From a candidate division FCPU426 bacterium (GTDB lineage Bacteria > Oederibacteriota > JAAXVQ01 > JAUVAV01): 55,170 bases of DNA. Positions 10,444 through 20,862 of this stretch are shown piece after piece. The DNA lies in assembly GCA_030637655.1 (NCBI GenBank), contig DAOWGI010000034.1, positions 1 to 55,170 of the forward strand. The letters are read 5' to 3'. Made by a program: the position numbers and the translations under genes. The first letter of the stretch is position 1. The number at the start of each line of letters is the position of its first letter. The notes below the pieces were generated by a model that did no database searches, was not told where the DNA came from, and saw nothing but the letters and a program-made list of their open reading frames with translations.

Positions 10444-13400
10444 CTAATTGGTTTTTTTCTCTGCCAAACGCCAACGTCTTGTGAAGCCTCTAACTGCCAA
10501 TACCACTTTGAATTCCTCTAGTATTAAATAAAATCCCGGCAAGATAAACAGAGTCAACAAAGTTGAACTGAGCAGCCCTCCCATCACGGTAATCGCCAGC
10601 GGACTCCAAAGCACAGCAGATTCACCGCAATCCAGAGCCATAGGCAATAAGCCGAAAAGCGTCGTAGCGGTCGTCATAAAAATCGGGCGTATCCGCTGCC
10701 GGCCCGCCCAGATCACCAAGCGAGCTACCGCAATCTTCGGAAATTGTCGTTTCAATTTATTCATGCGATCAATCAATATTATGCCGTTGTTAACCACGAT
10801 TCCACCGAGCATGAGCATGCCGATCAATACGCCCAGGGTCACTGTGCTGTTGGTTACAACCAAGGCGGCAATGGCGCCAATCACAGACAACAACACCGTT
10901 ATCATGATAATGAAGGGCTGGCGCAGGGACTCGAACAAACACGCCAACACGATGAATATCAGAATAACGGTAAAGGTCAGGGCCTGCCAAAAACTGCGAT
11001 TGGCCTGTACCATATTTTCATAATCTCCGCCAATATCAGCATAATAGTCCTCCGGAAAAGTCATGCCGCGAATAATGGTCTGCACCGCTTGCGCGGCTGT
11101 TTCCAAGGGCAGCTTGCCTAAATTAGCGCTGACTTGAATCATCCGGCTTTTATTACGATGCCAAATTTCGCTGGGTGACAAGCCAAACCGCAAATCCGAA
11201 AAATGTTCCAGTGGTACGTGAAATCCTTTGGGAGAGGCCAGCATTAACATTTTTAATTGCGCTATGGTTTCGCATTGTTTCGGTTCCAATCGTACGATGG
11301 TCTCGATTTCTTCCTGTTGATCATAAAACGAGGTGGCATGCAAACCGCGCAATTGGGCGTGCACGGTTTCGCCGATATCCTGATTATCCAGGCCCATAAG
11401 GGCCACCCTTTTAGGCAGCAAGTGTACTTTGGCCTCCGGTCTGCCGGGGCGATACCTGACTTTTACATCGGACAAGGCTTCCACTTTTGACATTTTCGAG
11501 GCCATTTGCATGGCCAATTGAGCCAGAGTTTGATACTGGTAACCATAGAGTTCAACAAAAATCTCCTTGCCTTGCCGGGGTTCTGAAAAATAGATAAAAG
11601 CATCATGTTCCTCCCCGCCCTCCTCTAAACGCGGACGAAGATATTCAATAACCTCCTGCGTAGACCACGACCGCTGGGCGCGTGGTTTAAGGGTTACATA
11701 TATCTTGGAGGACCATCCTTCTACGCGGGAAGATACGTTCTTGAGCATCGGTTGTATCTTCTCCAGGCCGGCAATGCGTTTTTCAACCTCTTTTACCACT
11801 TGGTCTGAAATATCCAACCGAACTCCTGAGGGCAGCTCTACATAGATCGTAAATTCACTTTGTTCCGATGCGGCCAAAAAATCCTTCGGCAACTGTTTCT
11901 GAAAAATAAACAGGGCCCCCAGGAACAAGCAAAGAATCAGCAACGTCATTTTAAATTTATGCTGCAGAAGTATTCTCAAATACCAACGGTAATGTTTAAT
12001 CATCAGCAGGCTGGTGATTAAAAGCACGGCCACTGCCAAAACAAATACCGTTGCTCCCCAGTTGCTATGCACAACCAGACGGAGCAGCACAAGTCCCAAG
12101 ATCAACAGCACTCCTGCCACGTAGCACAACTTCCTTTTCAAAAATGCCACAATTTTTCCCAGGTAGGCCGCACTTTTCATCTGGAGCATTTCCAAAAACT
12201 GCGTCACACTTCCCCGCAGACTCTGGGCCGGCGGATTCGTTGCTGCTTCAATTGGCACGTAATAGGCCAGCGCCGGAATAAGCGCCAGCGCGGTAAATAG
12301 CGATGCCAACAAGGTCGTGGTCACTGTAAAAGCAATACCCGCATAGAGCAATTGCGTCTGCTTTTGTAAAAAGGAAAAAGGCAAAAAAACCGCAATCGTG
12401 GTCAGGGTTCCTCCGATCATGGGCATCATCATTTGTTTGGCCGCCTGTACCACACGTTCCGATTTGGACCAGGTGTGGTATTTTTTATGAAAGCGGTCAA
12501 TGTTCTCCAATACCACAATGGAATTATCCACGAGCAGACCAATGCCTAATACCAATCCGGAGAGCGAGATGACATTTAAAGCGACCTGTTCCAAGTACAT
12601 CATCACCAGTGTGATCAATAAAGAAACCGGAATGGAGCCGGCGACCATCAAGGCAGGACGGATATCCTTTTGCCAGACAGATACCCCCGACATCAGGACA
12701 AACACACTAATAATGATCACCAGGGTATTGGTCAGGGGAATCCGCCACAAATAAAATACCAGCAAATTAACGGTCAATCCCAGTATCAAGCCGACAGACA
12801 ACCAGCGGGTGATAACGGTTTTACTGAGAAAAAAACCCAAGATCAGCACCACCAAACACATGCCATAAAACAAGGTCATCTTCACCGCCCGAATGGCCTC
12901 CTGAATGCTCCGGCCTTGGTCCGCTACAGTAAATAATTGAATCTGCTCGTCCAATCCGTTCTCGAATTGAAGCAGAACCAGTTTAACGCGCTCCACTACA
13001 TGTACAACATTGGCCAGACTTTCCTTCTGGATATATAGGGTAACCGCTGATTTAGAATTCAATCTTGAATGAGTCTCCGCTTCCATAAAATCATCCTGAA
13101 CCACGGCGATATCCTGCAGACGAACCAGGCCTGCTTTATTGGTCACCGCAACACCGATTTGTTCTATTTCTCTGATTTCCTTGAACGCTCCTTGGGTTCT
13201 TAAACCGATCAGTTGTTCTGCCTGGTCCAGACTGCCAACCTGCATATTTAAATTGTTTTTCTCCAAGATACCAATGATTTGTTTTACGGAAAGCCCCAGG
13301 GCGACCAAGCGCCTTTTATCCAGATGCACCAATATCTTCCGTTCCCGGCCTCCGCCGATTTCTACATTGGCCACCCCCGGGATGCGCAGCAACCGATCCT

Positions 13401-13947
13401 TCAATCCCTCTTCCACCAGCTTACGCAGCTCTTCCGGTGAATGGCAAAGCGATGTCAGAGCGGCAATCACGACCGGCGCATCGGATTCTTCATAGTGTGC
13501 GATCACCGGTCGTTCAATCGATTTCGGCAATTCGCCTTTTACGCGCAAGAATTTTTCCCGGGTTTCCAAAGTTGCCAAATTCATATTGGTGCCAGGTTCA
13601 AATTCCAAGGTCACAATGGATTTGTGTTTTTTGGAGGTGGAAACAATATTTTTCAATTTTGATACCGTACTCATGGCTGCTTCCACCGGTTTGGTGATCA
13701 ATCGTTCCACTTCAGGAGGCGGCATACCTCCCCGTACGTTGATAAATATGGTGACTTGACCATAGCTGATATTCGGCATGAGCTCCATGGGCAATTGTCT
13801 TAATCCAACCAAACCCATTAAAATAAAAGCTGTCACGATCATACTCAATGCCACTGGCCGGCGAATACTGAACCCAGGCAAACGGCTCGCCACCATAAGC
13901 AACAAGAGCGCCACCCCGGCTATATGGATAAGTTGGTTTTCATTCAT
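10444..13947 (-). CDS. RND efflux permease (AcrB-like) with extra TM segments
   Basis: SIRRPVA N-terminus, GLLVDNSIVVLENI (TM4), GIVVNNGIILID (TM10), RIRPIFMTT. Start at ATG 13947 with a GAGGGA RBS, overlapping the upstream stop. Confidence 0.93.
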   Translation of the reverse strand: MNENQLIHIAGVALLLLMVASRLPGFSIRRPVALSMIVTAFILMGLVGLRQLPMELMPNISYGQVTIFINVRGGMPPPEVERLITKPVEAAMSTVSKLKNIVSTSKKHKSIVTLEFEPGTNMNLATLETREKFLRVKGELPKSIERPVIAHYEESDAPVVIAALTSLCHSPEELRKLVEEGLKDRLLRIPGVANVEIGGGRERKILVHLDKRRLVALGLSVKQIIGILEKNNLNMQVGSLDQAEQLIGLRTQGAFKEIREIEQIGVAVTNKAGLVRLQDIAVVQDDFMEAETHSRLNSKSAVTLYIQKESLANVVHVVERVKLVLLQFENGLDEQIQLFTVADQGRSIQEAIRAVKMTLFYGMCLVVLILGFFLSKTVITRWLSVGLILGLTVNLLVFYLWRIPLTNTLVIIISVFVLMSGVSVWQKDIRPALMVAGSIPVSLLITLVMMYLEQVALNVISLSGLVLGIGLLVDNSIVVLENIDRFHKKYHTWSKSERVVQAAKQMMMPMIGGTLTTIAVFLPFSFLQKQTQLLYAGIAFTVTTTLLASLFTALALIPALAYYVPIEAATNPPAQSLRGSVTQFLEMLQMKSAAYLGKIVAFLKRKLCYVAGVLLILGLVLLRLVVHSNWGATVFVLAVAVLLITSLLMIKHYRWYLRILLQHKFKMTLLILCLFLGALFIFQKQLPKDFLAASEQSEFTIYVELPSGVRLDISDQVVKEVEKRIAGLEKIQPMLKNVSSRVEGWSSKIYVTLKPRAQRSWSTQEVIEYLRPRLEEGGEEHDAFIYFSEPRQGKEIFVELYGYQYQTLAQLAMQMASKMSKVEALSDVKVRYRPGRPEAKVHLLPKRVALMGLDNQDIGETVHAQLRGLHATSFYDQQEEIETIVRLEPKQCETIAQLKMLMLASPKGFHVPLEHFSDLRFGLSPSEIWHRNKSRMIQVSANLGKLPLETAAQAVQTIIRGMTFPEDYYADIGGDYENMVQANRSFWQALTFTVILIFIVLACLFESLRQPFIIMITVLLSVIGAIAALVVTNSTVTLGVLIGMLMLGGIVVNNGIILIDRMNKLKRQFPKIAVARLVIWAGRQRIRPIFMTTATTLFGLLPMALDCGESAVLWSPLAITVMGGLLSSTLLTLFILPGFYLILEEFKVVLAVRGFTRRWRLAEKKTN

Positions 13948-16900
13948 ATTGTATCCCTCTTTGCGGCACAAGTATGTTGTGTGCCGGTTTTCTCAGTCGG
14001 CTGAGAATCTTGGCATCAACCAAATAATACAAGGTCGGTAAAATGACCAGACTCAGTATGGTGGAAACGATAAGACCGGAAACAACCACCACCGCCATGG
14101 GTGCCTGCATTTTCGTTTCCCGGCTCAACCCCATAGCCAAGGGCAGGAGTCCCAGGATGGTCGTCATCGCAGTCATGACAATAGGACGCAAACGCACTTG
14201 CCCGGCTTCAATCAAAATCTGTCTAAGCTCCTGCGGATTGTGCCTGCGCTTTTGATTCACATAATCAATCAAAACGATGCCATTGTTCACTACGATTCCA
14301 CATAACAGAACCATGCCCATGCCTGCCATGGCCGAAAGGGAATGGCAGGTCAGCAGCAGCGCTGGTCCCATGCCAATGACTGCCAAGGGAATAGTAACGA
14401 GGATAAGAAAAGGCTGCCAATAGGATTCAAATTGTGCAGCCATGATCATATACACCAGCAGCAGGGACATCAGTAATATAATGCACAGACTACGGAAAGA
14501 TTCACTCATCTGCGTCGCCTCACCGGTCAACATTAAGCTAAAGTCCGGATGTTTATGCCGCTGGCTTTTCAGTAGGCTCTCTATTTCCGGCCGCACATTA
14601 TCCAGGGTCCGTTTGTACAATCCTGCCCTGACCAGCACTGTGCGCTGCTGGTCAAAATGCAAGATTTCACTCGGCCCAATCCCCGGCTGAACGGCTGCCA
14701 CCATCTCCAGGGGAATGTCAATGTTCAAGGGAGAATGGATCAACAGCCGATGTAGAGCCTGAAAATCATTTCGATCCTCTTCCCGCAAGCGAACCTGTAT
14801 ATCAATCTCTTGACCATCCTCCCGGAACTCTGAAACTTTGGAACCCTTGACCGCCGTCAACACCGTTTTGGCCAAATCCGCTACTGAAAGACTGAAACGC
14901 GCGGCCTGATCCCGGTTGACATCTATGCTGATTTCCGGTGCATTCATCCGCAAGGAAGAATGCACATTATAAATGCCTGGCTGTTGGTTCAACTGCCTGA
15001 CCAGGGTTTCTGAGATATGTTTCAAGGTTTCCAAATGATGACCTTTGATTTCTATGACAATGGGTGAGGCATTGCTGCCAAGCTTGGCCCAGGTTCCTCC
15101 GCCTTGTTGCAAAATAGTTTTTCCGCCGCGCAAATCGAGCTGGGAGAGTTTGCCTTTCACCACCTGCATGACCTCCACAGTTGTCGGCTTTCGTGTTGAT
15201 TTAAGATCCACCACAATTTTGGATTCATGCTTTTCCAAAGGCTGCAATCCCTCTTTCGGAATAGATCCGCCCGTTACCAGTTGGTGCTCGATTTCAGGAA
15301 TGCTGCGCAACACTGCTTCTACCTGCTTAGTGATCTTATCCGTGATGTTAAGTTTTGTCCCATTTGGCATTTTCAGCTGTACACTGAATTGTCCTTGATC
15401 CAACTTAGGAAAGAGGGTTTTGGGAATAACCAGTATAAGCAGTATCGAAAAACACCATAATAAAATCGTGGCGAGTAGTATTCTTTTCGGATGGTATAGG
15501 CTCCAGTGCAAAAATTGTTTATAGCCGGATTTGACCAGCGCAGCCTTTTGAGCCAATCGCTGCAACCAGTTTGGATACTGAAGATCATGACGTTTTATCT
15601 GACCGGTTAACATGGGAATCAGGGTAAAGGCCACTACCAGTGAAGCGATTTGCGAAAAAACAACTGCCCAGGACAAATCGCGAAAAACCTGGCCGATCAG
15701 ACCAAAAACAAACGCCAAAGGCAGAAAGACCACCAGCGTTGTGCCAATGGAGCTGGTTACTGCTGCCATCATTTCCCGGGCGCCGGCAACCGCTGCTATT
15801 GCCGGCTCTTTTCCCATACTCCGGTGACGGGTTATGTTTTCCAGCACCACAATTGCGCCGTCCACTAAAAGTCCAATCCCCACCGTCAACCCGGCTAATG
15901 AGATGGTGTTCAACGTGATTCCTTGCAGGTGCAGCAAAAACAAGGTAATAAAAAGCGAGACCGGAATCGAGGCACTTACAATCAAGGCGTGTTTATAATT
16001 TCCCAGAAAAAAGAACAACACCAGAAAGGCCAAGAACGCTCCCACAAAACCGGCATTCAGCATTTGTCGAATACCGGATTTGATGAACAGCGATTGGTCG
16101 AAAACCATCTGCACCTGAATGCCTTGCGGCAATTTACTCTGAATGGTTTCCAGCTTATTTTTTATCCCCTTAGCCACCTCAACCACATGGGCATCACCTT
16201 GTTTGAGAATAGCCAGGGATATATTTTCTTGGCCGTCATAGCGTGAAAAACTGGTTCTTTCCCGAACCGTATCAAAGACCCGGCCCAAGGTGCCCAGTTG
16301 GACCATAATATCTGTGGTTGCTTTCGGATCACGCTTAGCCTCTTTTTGGTAATGCGGATTTAACCGGGAGTTGATATCACTGGGCATTTTTTGTTCCTGA
16401 TCAACCTTGACCACCACCTCTGCAATTTCCTCAGGACGATCATAGGTTCCTTTCACCCGTACGACATACTCGTAGGTATCATCTTTTACCGTGCCGGCCG
16501 GATAGGTAATATTGGCTTTGCTAATCGCTTGGGATACATCCAAAATTGGAATCTGATGATTGGCCAGTTTATCTTGGTCCAGCTCCACTTTAATCTCCCG
16601 TTCCAATCCGCCGGTCAGCATAACCGCTGCCACACCCGGTACTTTTTCCAACAATTCCGAGACCGGCCGCTTGGCTATTTTCAAGAGATCCTGCGGAGAA
16701 CGGTCTCCACTCAGGCTGATCACTGCAACCGGCATTGTCAAAGGATTGAAGCGCTCAATGCGTGGTTCTTTGGCCTCCCGCGGCAGTTTTGCTTTCACCA
16801 AGTCAATTTTTTCCCTGAGATTCAAGGAGGCAAAATCCATGTCCGTACCCCAGCGAAATTCCACAGTTACAATGGAAATGCTTTCTTTGGAGACAGAATG

Positions 16901-17140
16901 AATACGACGAATGCCTTTTACCGTACCGCAGGCTTCTTCAATGACTTTTGTGATTAGAGTCTCCACTTCCTGGCTGGACGCATTTTGGTAGGCAGTCAAG
17001 ACCAACAATTGGGAAAATTCTAAGGAGGGCATAAATTCCTGAGGCAGCTGCTGCCAGGCGATAATACCCAGCAGGCACATTAAACCCACAAACATGCTGA
17101 CTGTCACACGCCGTTTGACAGAGAATTGAATGAATCTCAT
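13940..17140 (-). CDS. RND efflux permease (AcrB-like)
   Basis: GLLVDGAIVVLENI, GIVVNNGIVLIDY, RLRPIVMTAMTT. Two large periplasmic loops, 1066 aa. Confidence 0.95.
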   Translation of the reverse strand: MRFIQFSVKRRVTVSMFVGLMCLLGIIAWQQLPQEFMPSLEFSQLLVLTAYQNASSQEVETLITKVIEEACGTVKGIRRIHSVSKESISIVTVEFRWGTDMDFASLNLREKIDLVKAKLPREAKEPRIERFNPLTMPVAVISLSGDRSPQDLLKIAKRPVSELLEKVPGVAAVMLTGGLEREIKVELDQDKLANHQIPILDVSQAISKANITYPAGTVKDDTYEYVVRVKGTYDRPEEIAEVVVKVDQEQKMPSDINSRLNPHYQKEAKRDPKATTDIMVQLGTLGRVFDTVRERTSFSRYDGQENISLAILKQGDAHVVEVAKGIKNKLETIQSKLPQGIQVQMVFDQSLFIKSGIRQMLNAGFVGAFLAFLVLFFFLGNYKHALIVSASIPVSLFITLFLLHLQGITLNTISLAGLTVGIGLLVDGAIVVLENITRHRSMGKEPAIAAVAGAREMMAAVTSSIGTTLVVFLPLAFVFGLIGQVFRDLSWAVVFSQIASLVVAFTLIPMLTGQIKRHDLQYPNWLQRLAQKAALVKSGYKQFLHWSLYHPKRILLATILLWCFSILLILVIPKTLFPKLDQGQFSVQLKMPNGTKLNITDKITKQVEAVLRSIPEIEHQLVTGGSIPKEGLQPLEKHESKIVVDLKSTRKPTTVEVMQVVKGKLSQLDLRGGKTILQQGGGTWAKLGSNASPIVIEIKGHHLETLKHISETLVRQLNQQPGIYNVHSSLRMNAPEISIDVNRDQAARFSLSVADLAKTVLTAVKGSKVSEFREDGQEIDIQVRLREEDRNDFQALHRLLIHSPLNIDIPLEMVAAVQPGIGPSEILHFDQQRTVLVRAGLYKRTLDNVRPEIESLLKSQRHKHPDFSLMLTGEATQMSESFRSLCIILLMSLLLVYMIMAAQFESYWQPFLILVTIPLAVIGMGPALLLTCHSLSAMAGMGMVLLCGIVVNNGIVLIDYVNQKRRHNPQELRQILIEAGQVRLRPIVMTAMTTILGLLPLAMGLSRETKMQAPMAVVVVSGLIVSTILSLVILPTLYYLVDAKILSRLRKPAHNILVPQRGIQYE

Positions 17141-18258
17141 AGCATCTTTTTCTCCTTTTCCTGATATTCATCCACTTGTCCGTATTTGATCAGAGAACCG
17201 GCCTGCAAGCCGGTACCATTTGATTGCTTAATGATAACGTCGTTTTCTTCCAATCCCAGCTTGATTTCCACATACTCCCTTGAGGCATACCCCAAACTGA
17301 CATCCCGAAGATGCAGGCTTTTATTCTCGCTAACAATATATACTTTGGCGTCACCCTGAATGAGCGCGGTTTTAGGAATAATAATGCTTTGGTTATGATG
17401 GGTAATCACCTGGCAGACAGCAGAGAGTCCAGGTCTCAAGTGGGTTCGATACTCATTAGAAATGCTGATCCGGATCACCGCCATCCGGCTGGTGGTAGTG
17501 ACTTCCGGAGAAAGGCTCATGATCTTCCCTTCTATCTTCAGATTCGGAAAAGCATCCACCTTGACCAGCGCTCTTTGGTTGACCTGGATTTCCTTAACCC
17601 GTCGTTCGGTCACACTGGTTTCAATGAAAAGGTCATCTTCATTACTCACAAAATAGGCGATAGGTACTTGACGATTAACCAATTCACCTTCCAAAACCAG
17701 GCAATCTCCGAGATAGCCGTCTTTAGGAGCAACAATGAAGGTATCATCGTAATCCTTCTTAGCAATGGCCAGCGTCTCTTTGACTTCTTGCACCTCAATT
17801 TTGGAAGCACCGCCCACATCGTACAGCGCGCGGGTGCGTTTGAAATTGATTTTAGCCTGACGATATTTGGCCCGCGAGCGAATATGATTCAGCTCAGCAA
17901 TTACTCTGCCTTTTCCCACAAAATCCCCGGATTTGAAATGATATTTCATGAGGGTTTCCTCTTGGCTGCTTTTCAGCTCAATGGAAGAACCTTTGACCGA
18001 ACCGATCAGTCCCTGCATAACATCTTGAAATAAAACTCTCTTCACCCGAAAAACCTGCGCATAGCGCTGTTTTTCCTTTGCTTGGGCCTGCTGCTCCCAA
18101 GGATTTCCAGACACCGAAACCGACTGTGCATAACGGTGGTGCCAAAGCAGCGCCCCGCTAGCGATAACAATCACACTCAGAGCGGCAATGATATGGATTC
18201 TGTTTCTCGCTAGCCATACATAGCTTTCGGAAAAACGGACAAATCGTAATGTTTTCAT
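17137..18258 (-). CDS. RND periplasmic adaptor (membrane fusion protein)
   Basis: N-terminal TM, lipoyl half-motifs (GDFVGKG...IVAPKDG), LRPGLSA, IPKTAL. 4-bp overlaps with both neighbours. Confidence 0.9.
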   Translation of the reverse strand: MKTLRFVRFSESYVWLARNRIHIIAALSVIVIASGALLWHHRYAQSVSVSGNPWEQQAQAKEKQRYAQVFRVKRVLFQDVMQGLIGSVKGSSIELKSSQEETLMKYHFKSGDFVGKGRVIAELNHIRSRAKYRQAKINFKRTRALYDVGGASKIEVQEVKETLAIAKKDYDDTFIVAPKDGYLGDCLVLEGELVNRQVPIAYFVSNEDDLFIETSVTERRVKEIQVNQRALVKVDAFPNLKIEGKIMSLSPEVTTTSRMAVIRISISNEYRTHLRPGLSAVCQVITHHNQSIIIPKTALIQGDAKVYIVSENKSLHLRDVSLGYASREYVEIKLGLEENDVIIKQSNGTGLQAGSLIKYGQVDEYQEKEKKML

Positions 18259-19763
18259 AGTAAACCACCTTTACCTTTGCTGATTTTTTGTACATCAATC
18301 CCACTAAATTTTCCCGGAATTCCGATTGCCTTATCCAGAGCGGCAAGTGATATGTAATAAAAAGCCAGGGCTTCCCGCCAGGCCGCCTTCGACCCGATCA
18401 ATTTATTCTGCGCCTCTGCCATGTCAGACAAGGTCGCTTTCTTATCGCGAAGATTGATTTCATGAATGGCCAATTCCCGCTTATACAAATCCAATTCCGT
18501 TTCCGCGTGCTTAATTTGGCTTACCGCTTTTTTGTAATTGAAATAAGCCTCCCGGACCTGTTGTTCGACTTTTATCAGTGTTTTGTGCTGATTATAGTCA
18601 GCCTGCAGAACTCCGAGCTCAACTTCTTTTTTCTCCCGGGCTGATTTGTATCCATCCAACCAATTTATGGCTGCGGATACAGTACGTGATTCCGTACGTG
18701 ATGACTGCCCCAATTTGGGACTGGTCTTTTGCTCAAACCCTGAGGTGGATATTGTGTTCCAGGCAATCTGCTGGGTTAGCTTAATGTTCACATTGTAATC
18801 CTCACGTAAATGGAGATCTTCGCTGTTATACGCGCCGCCACTGCGTCCGTAAAAACCGCTGAGCTCAATTTTTGGCCAATCGCCACTGTGCTTTATGGTT
18901 TGCTCAAGCTCACTGATCTTATGCAAATACCCCTGGATAGCCAATTCCGGATGATGCTCATGTGCCATAGATATACAGGACGACAAGGTGATATCCTCTG
19001 GTTGTGAAGGCGCCAGGCTTTGGACTTGTCCCTGGATGGGCGTTTGCACACCCAGCGCCTCCAGCCATTCCCAATAATATTTTTCTTCCTCCGCTCCGGC
19101 GCTTTCCAAGAGATAGGTGGCCTGGTTTTTATTGGCTGTGGTTGCCAACAAGATTCGTTTATTGATGATACCTTGCTGGTATAACTGCCTGGCCATCTTG
19201 TGATAGCGTCCGACCTTTTTCAAGGAGCGCTTATAATCATGCACATCATCTCGAATACGCGCCAAATTCCAATATGCTTCAGCAACTTGATAGATCATTT
19301 CCTGGAATTGCTTTTTATATTTAAGGTGTGAGACCTGCAATTGAAAATCCGCCTGTTGATACGTGGACCACAACTGTCCGCCGTTAAAAAGCGTATAGTT
19401 TAGCTGCAGGCCGTAACTCTGTTCGCGAAAACCGGGGGTGCCCAGTTCTTGAATCGCAGCACCATGAGTGATCTCACCTTTGGTGGATAAGGTAGGCCAC
19501 AGATTTCTGGCTGCTTCTAAGGCCTTGCTTTCTGCCACCCTGATCTCTGTTTCTGCTATGTGCATAGGTTGATAATGAATTCCGCTCATTTCCAGACATT
19601 CAAGCAGAGAGAATTGCTTTATTTTCACAGCTTCCCGGGCTGCTTGAGCCCAGACCTGCGTTGAACACACTCCAATTATCAGCGCAACCAGCACCACAAG
19701 ATAAAACCCATTGCACTGATGCTTCTTTGTTATCCTGTTTTTGGTATATGTATGTTTTTTCAT
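18255..19763 (-). CDS. TolC-family outer-membrane efflux protein
   Basis: Signal peptide (VWA-QA), duplicated OEP pattern (LWPTLS...VAEAYWNL and WPKIEL...VREAYFNY), C-terminal LDKAIG. Confidence 0.9.
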   Translation of the reverse strand: MKKHTYTKNRITKKHQCNGFYLVVLVALIIGVCSTQVWAQAAREAVKIKQFSLLECLEMSGIHYQPMHIAETEIRVAESKALEAARNLWPTLSTKGEITHGAAIQELGTPGFREQSYGLQLNYTLFNGGQLWSTYQQADFQLQVSHLKYKKQFQEMIYQVAEAYWNLARIRDDVHDYKRSLKKVGRYHKMARQLYQQGIINKRILLATTANKNQATYLLESAGAEEEKYYWEWLEALGVQTPIQGQVQSLAPSQPEDITLSSCISMAHEHHPELAIQGYLHKISELEQTIKHSGDWPKIELSGFYGRSGGAYNSEDLHLREDYNVNIKLTQQIAWNTISTSGFEQKTSPKLGQSSRTESRTVSAAINWLDGYKSAREKKEVELGVLQADYNQHKTLIKVEQQVREAYFNYKKAVSQIKHAETELDLYKRELAIHEINLRDKKATLSDMAEAQNKLIGSKAAWREALAFYYISLAALDKAIGIPGKFSGIDVQKISKGKGGLL

Positions 19764-19767
19764 GATC

Positions 19768-19893
19768 TCATCTTCCTCGCATTTGGAATGAACCTGATGT
19801 AAACATGGTTTCAGTCATGGCGGAATATTTCAGTGCCGGCTGAATAGTACGCAAAACTGAAATTGTCAGAGCTGTTATTATTCGCCTACTCAT
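19768..19893 (-). CDS. 41-aa small ORF heading the TolC-RND operon
   Basis: MSRRIITALTISVLRTIQPALKYSAMTETMFTSGSFQMRGR*. Strong RBS (GGGGGAGTGAGGAA). Stop is 4 nt before the tolC ATG. Confidence 0.5.
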   Translation of the reverse strand: MSRRIITALTISVLRTIQPALKYSAMTETMFTSGSFQMRGR

Positions 19894-19933
19894 TTCCTCA
19901 CTCCCCCGTTTAAATATACATACCTATTACACA

Positions 19934-19950
19934 AGCAATTAATATGCCAT
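19934..19950 (-). promoter_or_regulatory. sigma54 -24/-12 promoter (export operon)
   Basis: ATGGCATATTAATTGCT has GG-N10-GC and matches TGGCAC-N5-TTGCW. Confidence 0.8.
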
Positions 19951-20031
19951 TTTTAAACAAAAACGTGTCTGTCAAAACGCTTTGTTTTCAAGAGTTTTTT
20001 TTGTATGGCCGGCAATAAGACGAGTTTATTA

Positions 20032-20067
20032 AAAAATCCTGACCTCTAATCAGAAGTCATAACTTCT
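20032..20067. promoter_or_regulatory. Putative activator enhancer (UAS), tandem sites
   Basis: AGAAGTC-at-AACTTCT at 20052-20067 and a degenerate AAAAATC-ct-GACCTCT at 20032-20047. Confidence 0.65.
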
Positions 20068-20429
20068 GTATAATCGTAACTACTCAGGTTTGCAAGGAGC
20101 AGGGCGGTTTGGTCTTTTTTCAAGCGTGGCAGCGGTAACTGCGGAGATGTGGTTTAGAAAAGCATATCCCCTATTGCTCGTTACCAGCCTGGACCTTGGT
20201 TTTCCGCTTTGCAATGCTTGAAAAAAGACCAAAGTGACCTGCCAGGCGTGAATATTTGAATACATTTTTTTACCCACGAGTAGTTACGTATAATCAGGAC
20301 AATAATGGGGATATTGGTTAAATAGCAAATTCATTTCATTACTGTTCAAATTAATGTTTTCTCTTTCGTTAAAGCGTCCGAAATGCTGATTTTGGCAGGA
20401 AAGCTGATACTGTGTCCACTAATCGGAGG

Positions 20430-20468
20430 AACTGCCCAATGTCCCTAATCACTAATCATTGGGCAGTT
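20430..20468 (-). terminator. Hairpin directly after the 73-aa ORF
   Basis: 12-bp perfect inverted repeat AACTGCCCAATG/CATTGGGCAGTT. No clear U-tract on the minus strand. Confidence 0.35.
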
Positions 20469-20689
20469 TATATGCAGGCGATTTTTCGCCAGATTTGATC
20501 AATGCGGCTGGTGTGATCCACTTTCTCTCCCTTCTCAATCTTGTTGAGCAGTAAGGTGCCGGCCACCACGGCAGCTTCTACTTCCCACTCAATTTCCTGG
20601 GTGTTTTGATACTGGTACTCATCCAAATTCTTTTTAAAGGTCCGCCAAAACGCTGACTGATTCTCTGGAGAAATATTTGAGTAGGTCAT
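20468..20689 (-). CDS. 73-aa hypothetical protein
   Basis: True start is probably MTYSN at 20689 with a GGAGG RBS. The longer track start would span the sigma54 promoter. Confidence 0.7.
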   Translation of the reverse strand: MTYSNISPENQSAFWRTFKKNLDEYQYQNTQEIEWEVEAAVVAGTLLLNKIEKGEKVDHTSRIDQIWRKIACI

Positions 20690-20728
20690 TTCCTCCACCC
20701 CCTTTGATTTGCTTACATACCATATAAC

Positions 20729-20745
20729 TGCAAGGGGGATGCCAA
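20729..20745 (-). promoter_or_regulatory. sigma54 -24/-12 promoter (73-aa ORF)
   Basis: TTGGCATCCCCCTTGCA has GG-N10-GC and is near consensus. Confidence 0.8.
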
Positions 20746-20846
20746 CTTTTAGCAATTTTGAAGTCTGGGATTTTTTTAAAAATAAAGGGTTTTCTGGAAG
20801 GATGTGTCTTGGAAAGACCTTCACGAAAATAAACTGCTTTCTAGAT

Positions 20847-20862
20847 AGAAGTCAAGACTTCT
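20847..20862. promoter_or_regulatory. Putative activator enhancer (UAS)
   Basis: Perfect palindrome AGAAGTC-aa-GACTTCT. Its offset from the -24 GG (104 bp) is the same as for the 20052 site. Confidence 0.7.

Noticed and set aside
20080-20277. 65-aa minus-strand ORF
   Set aside because: No clear RBS or recognisable features, and it lies in the regulatory region upstream of the enhancer.
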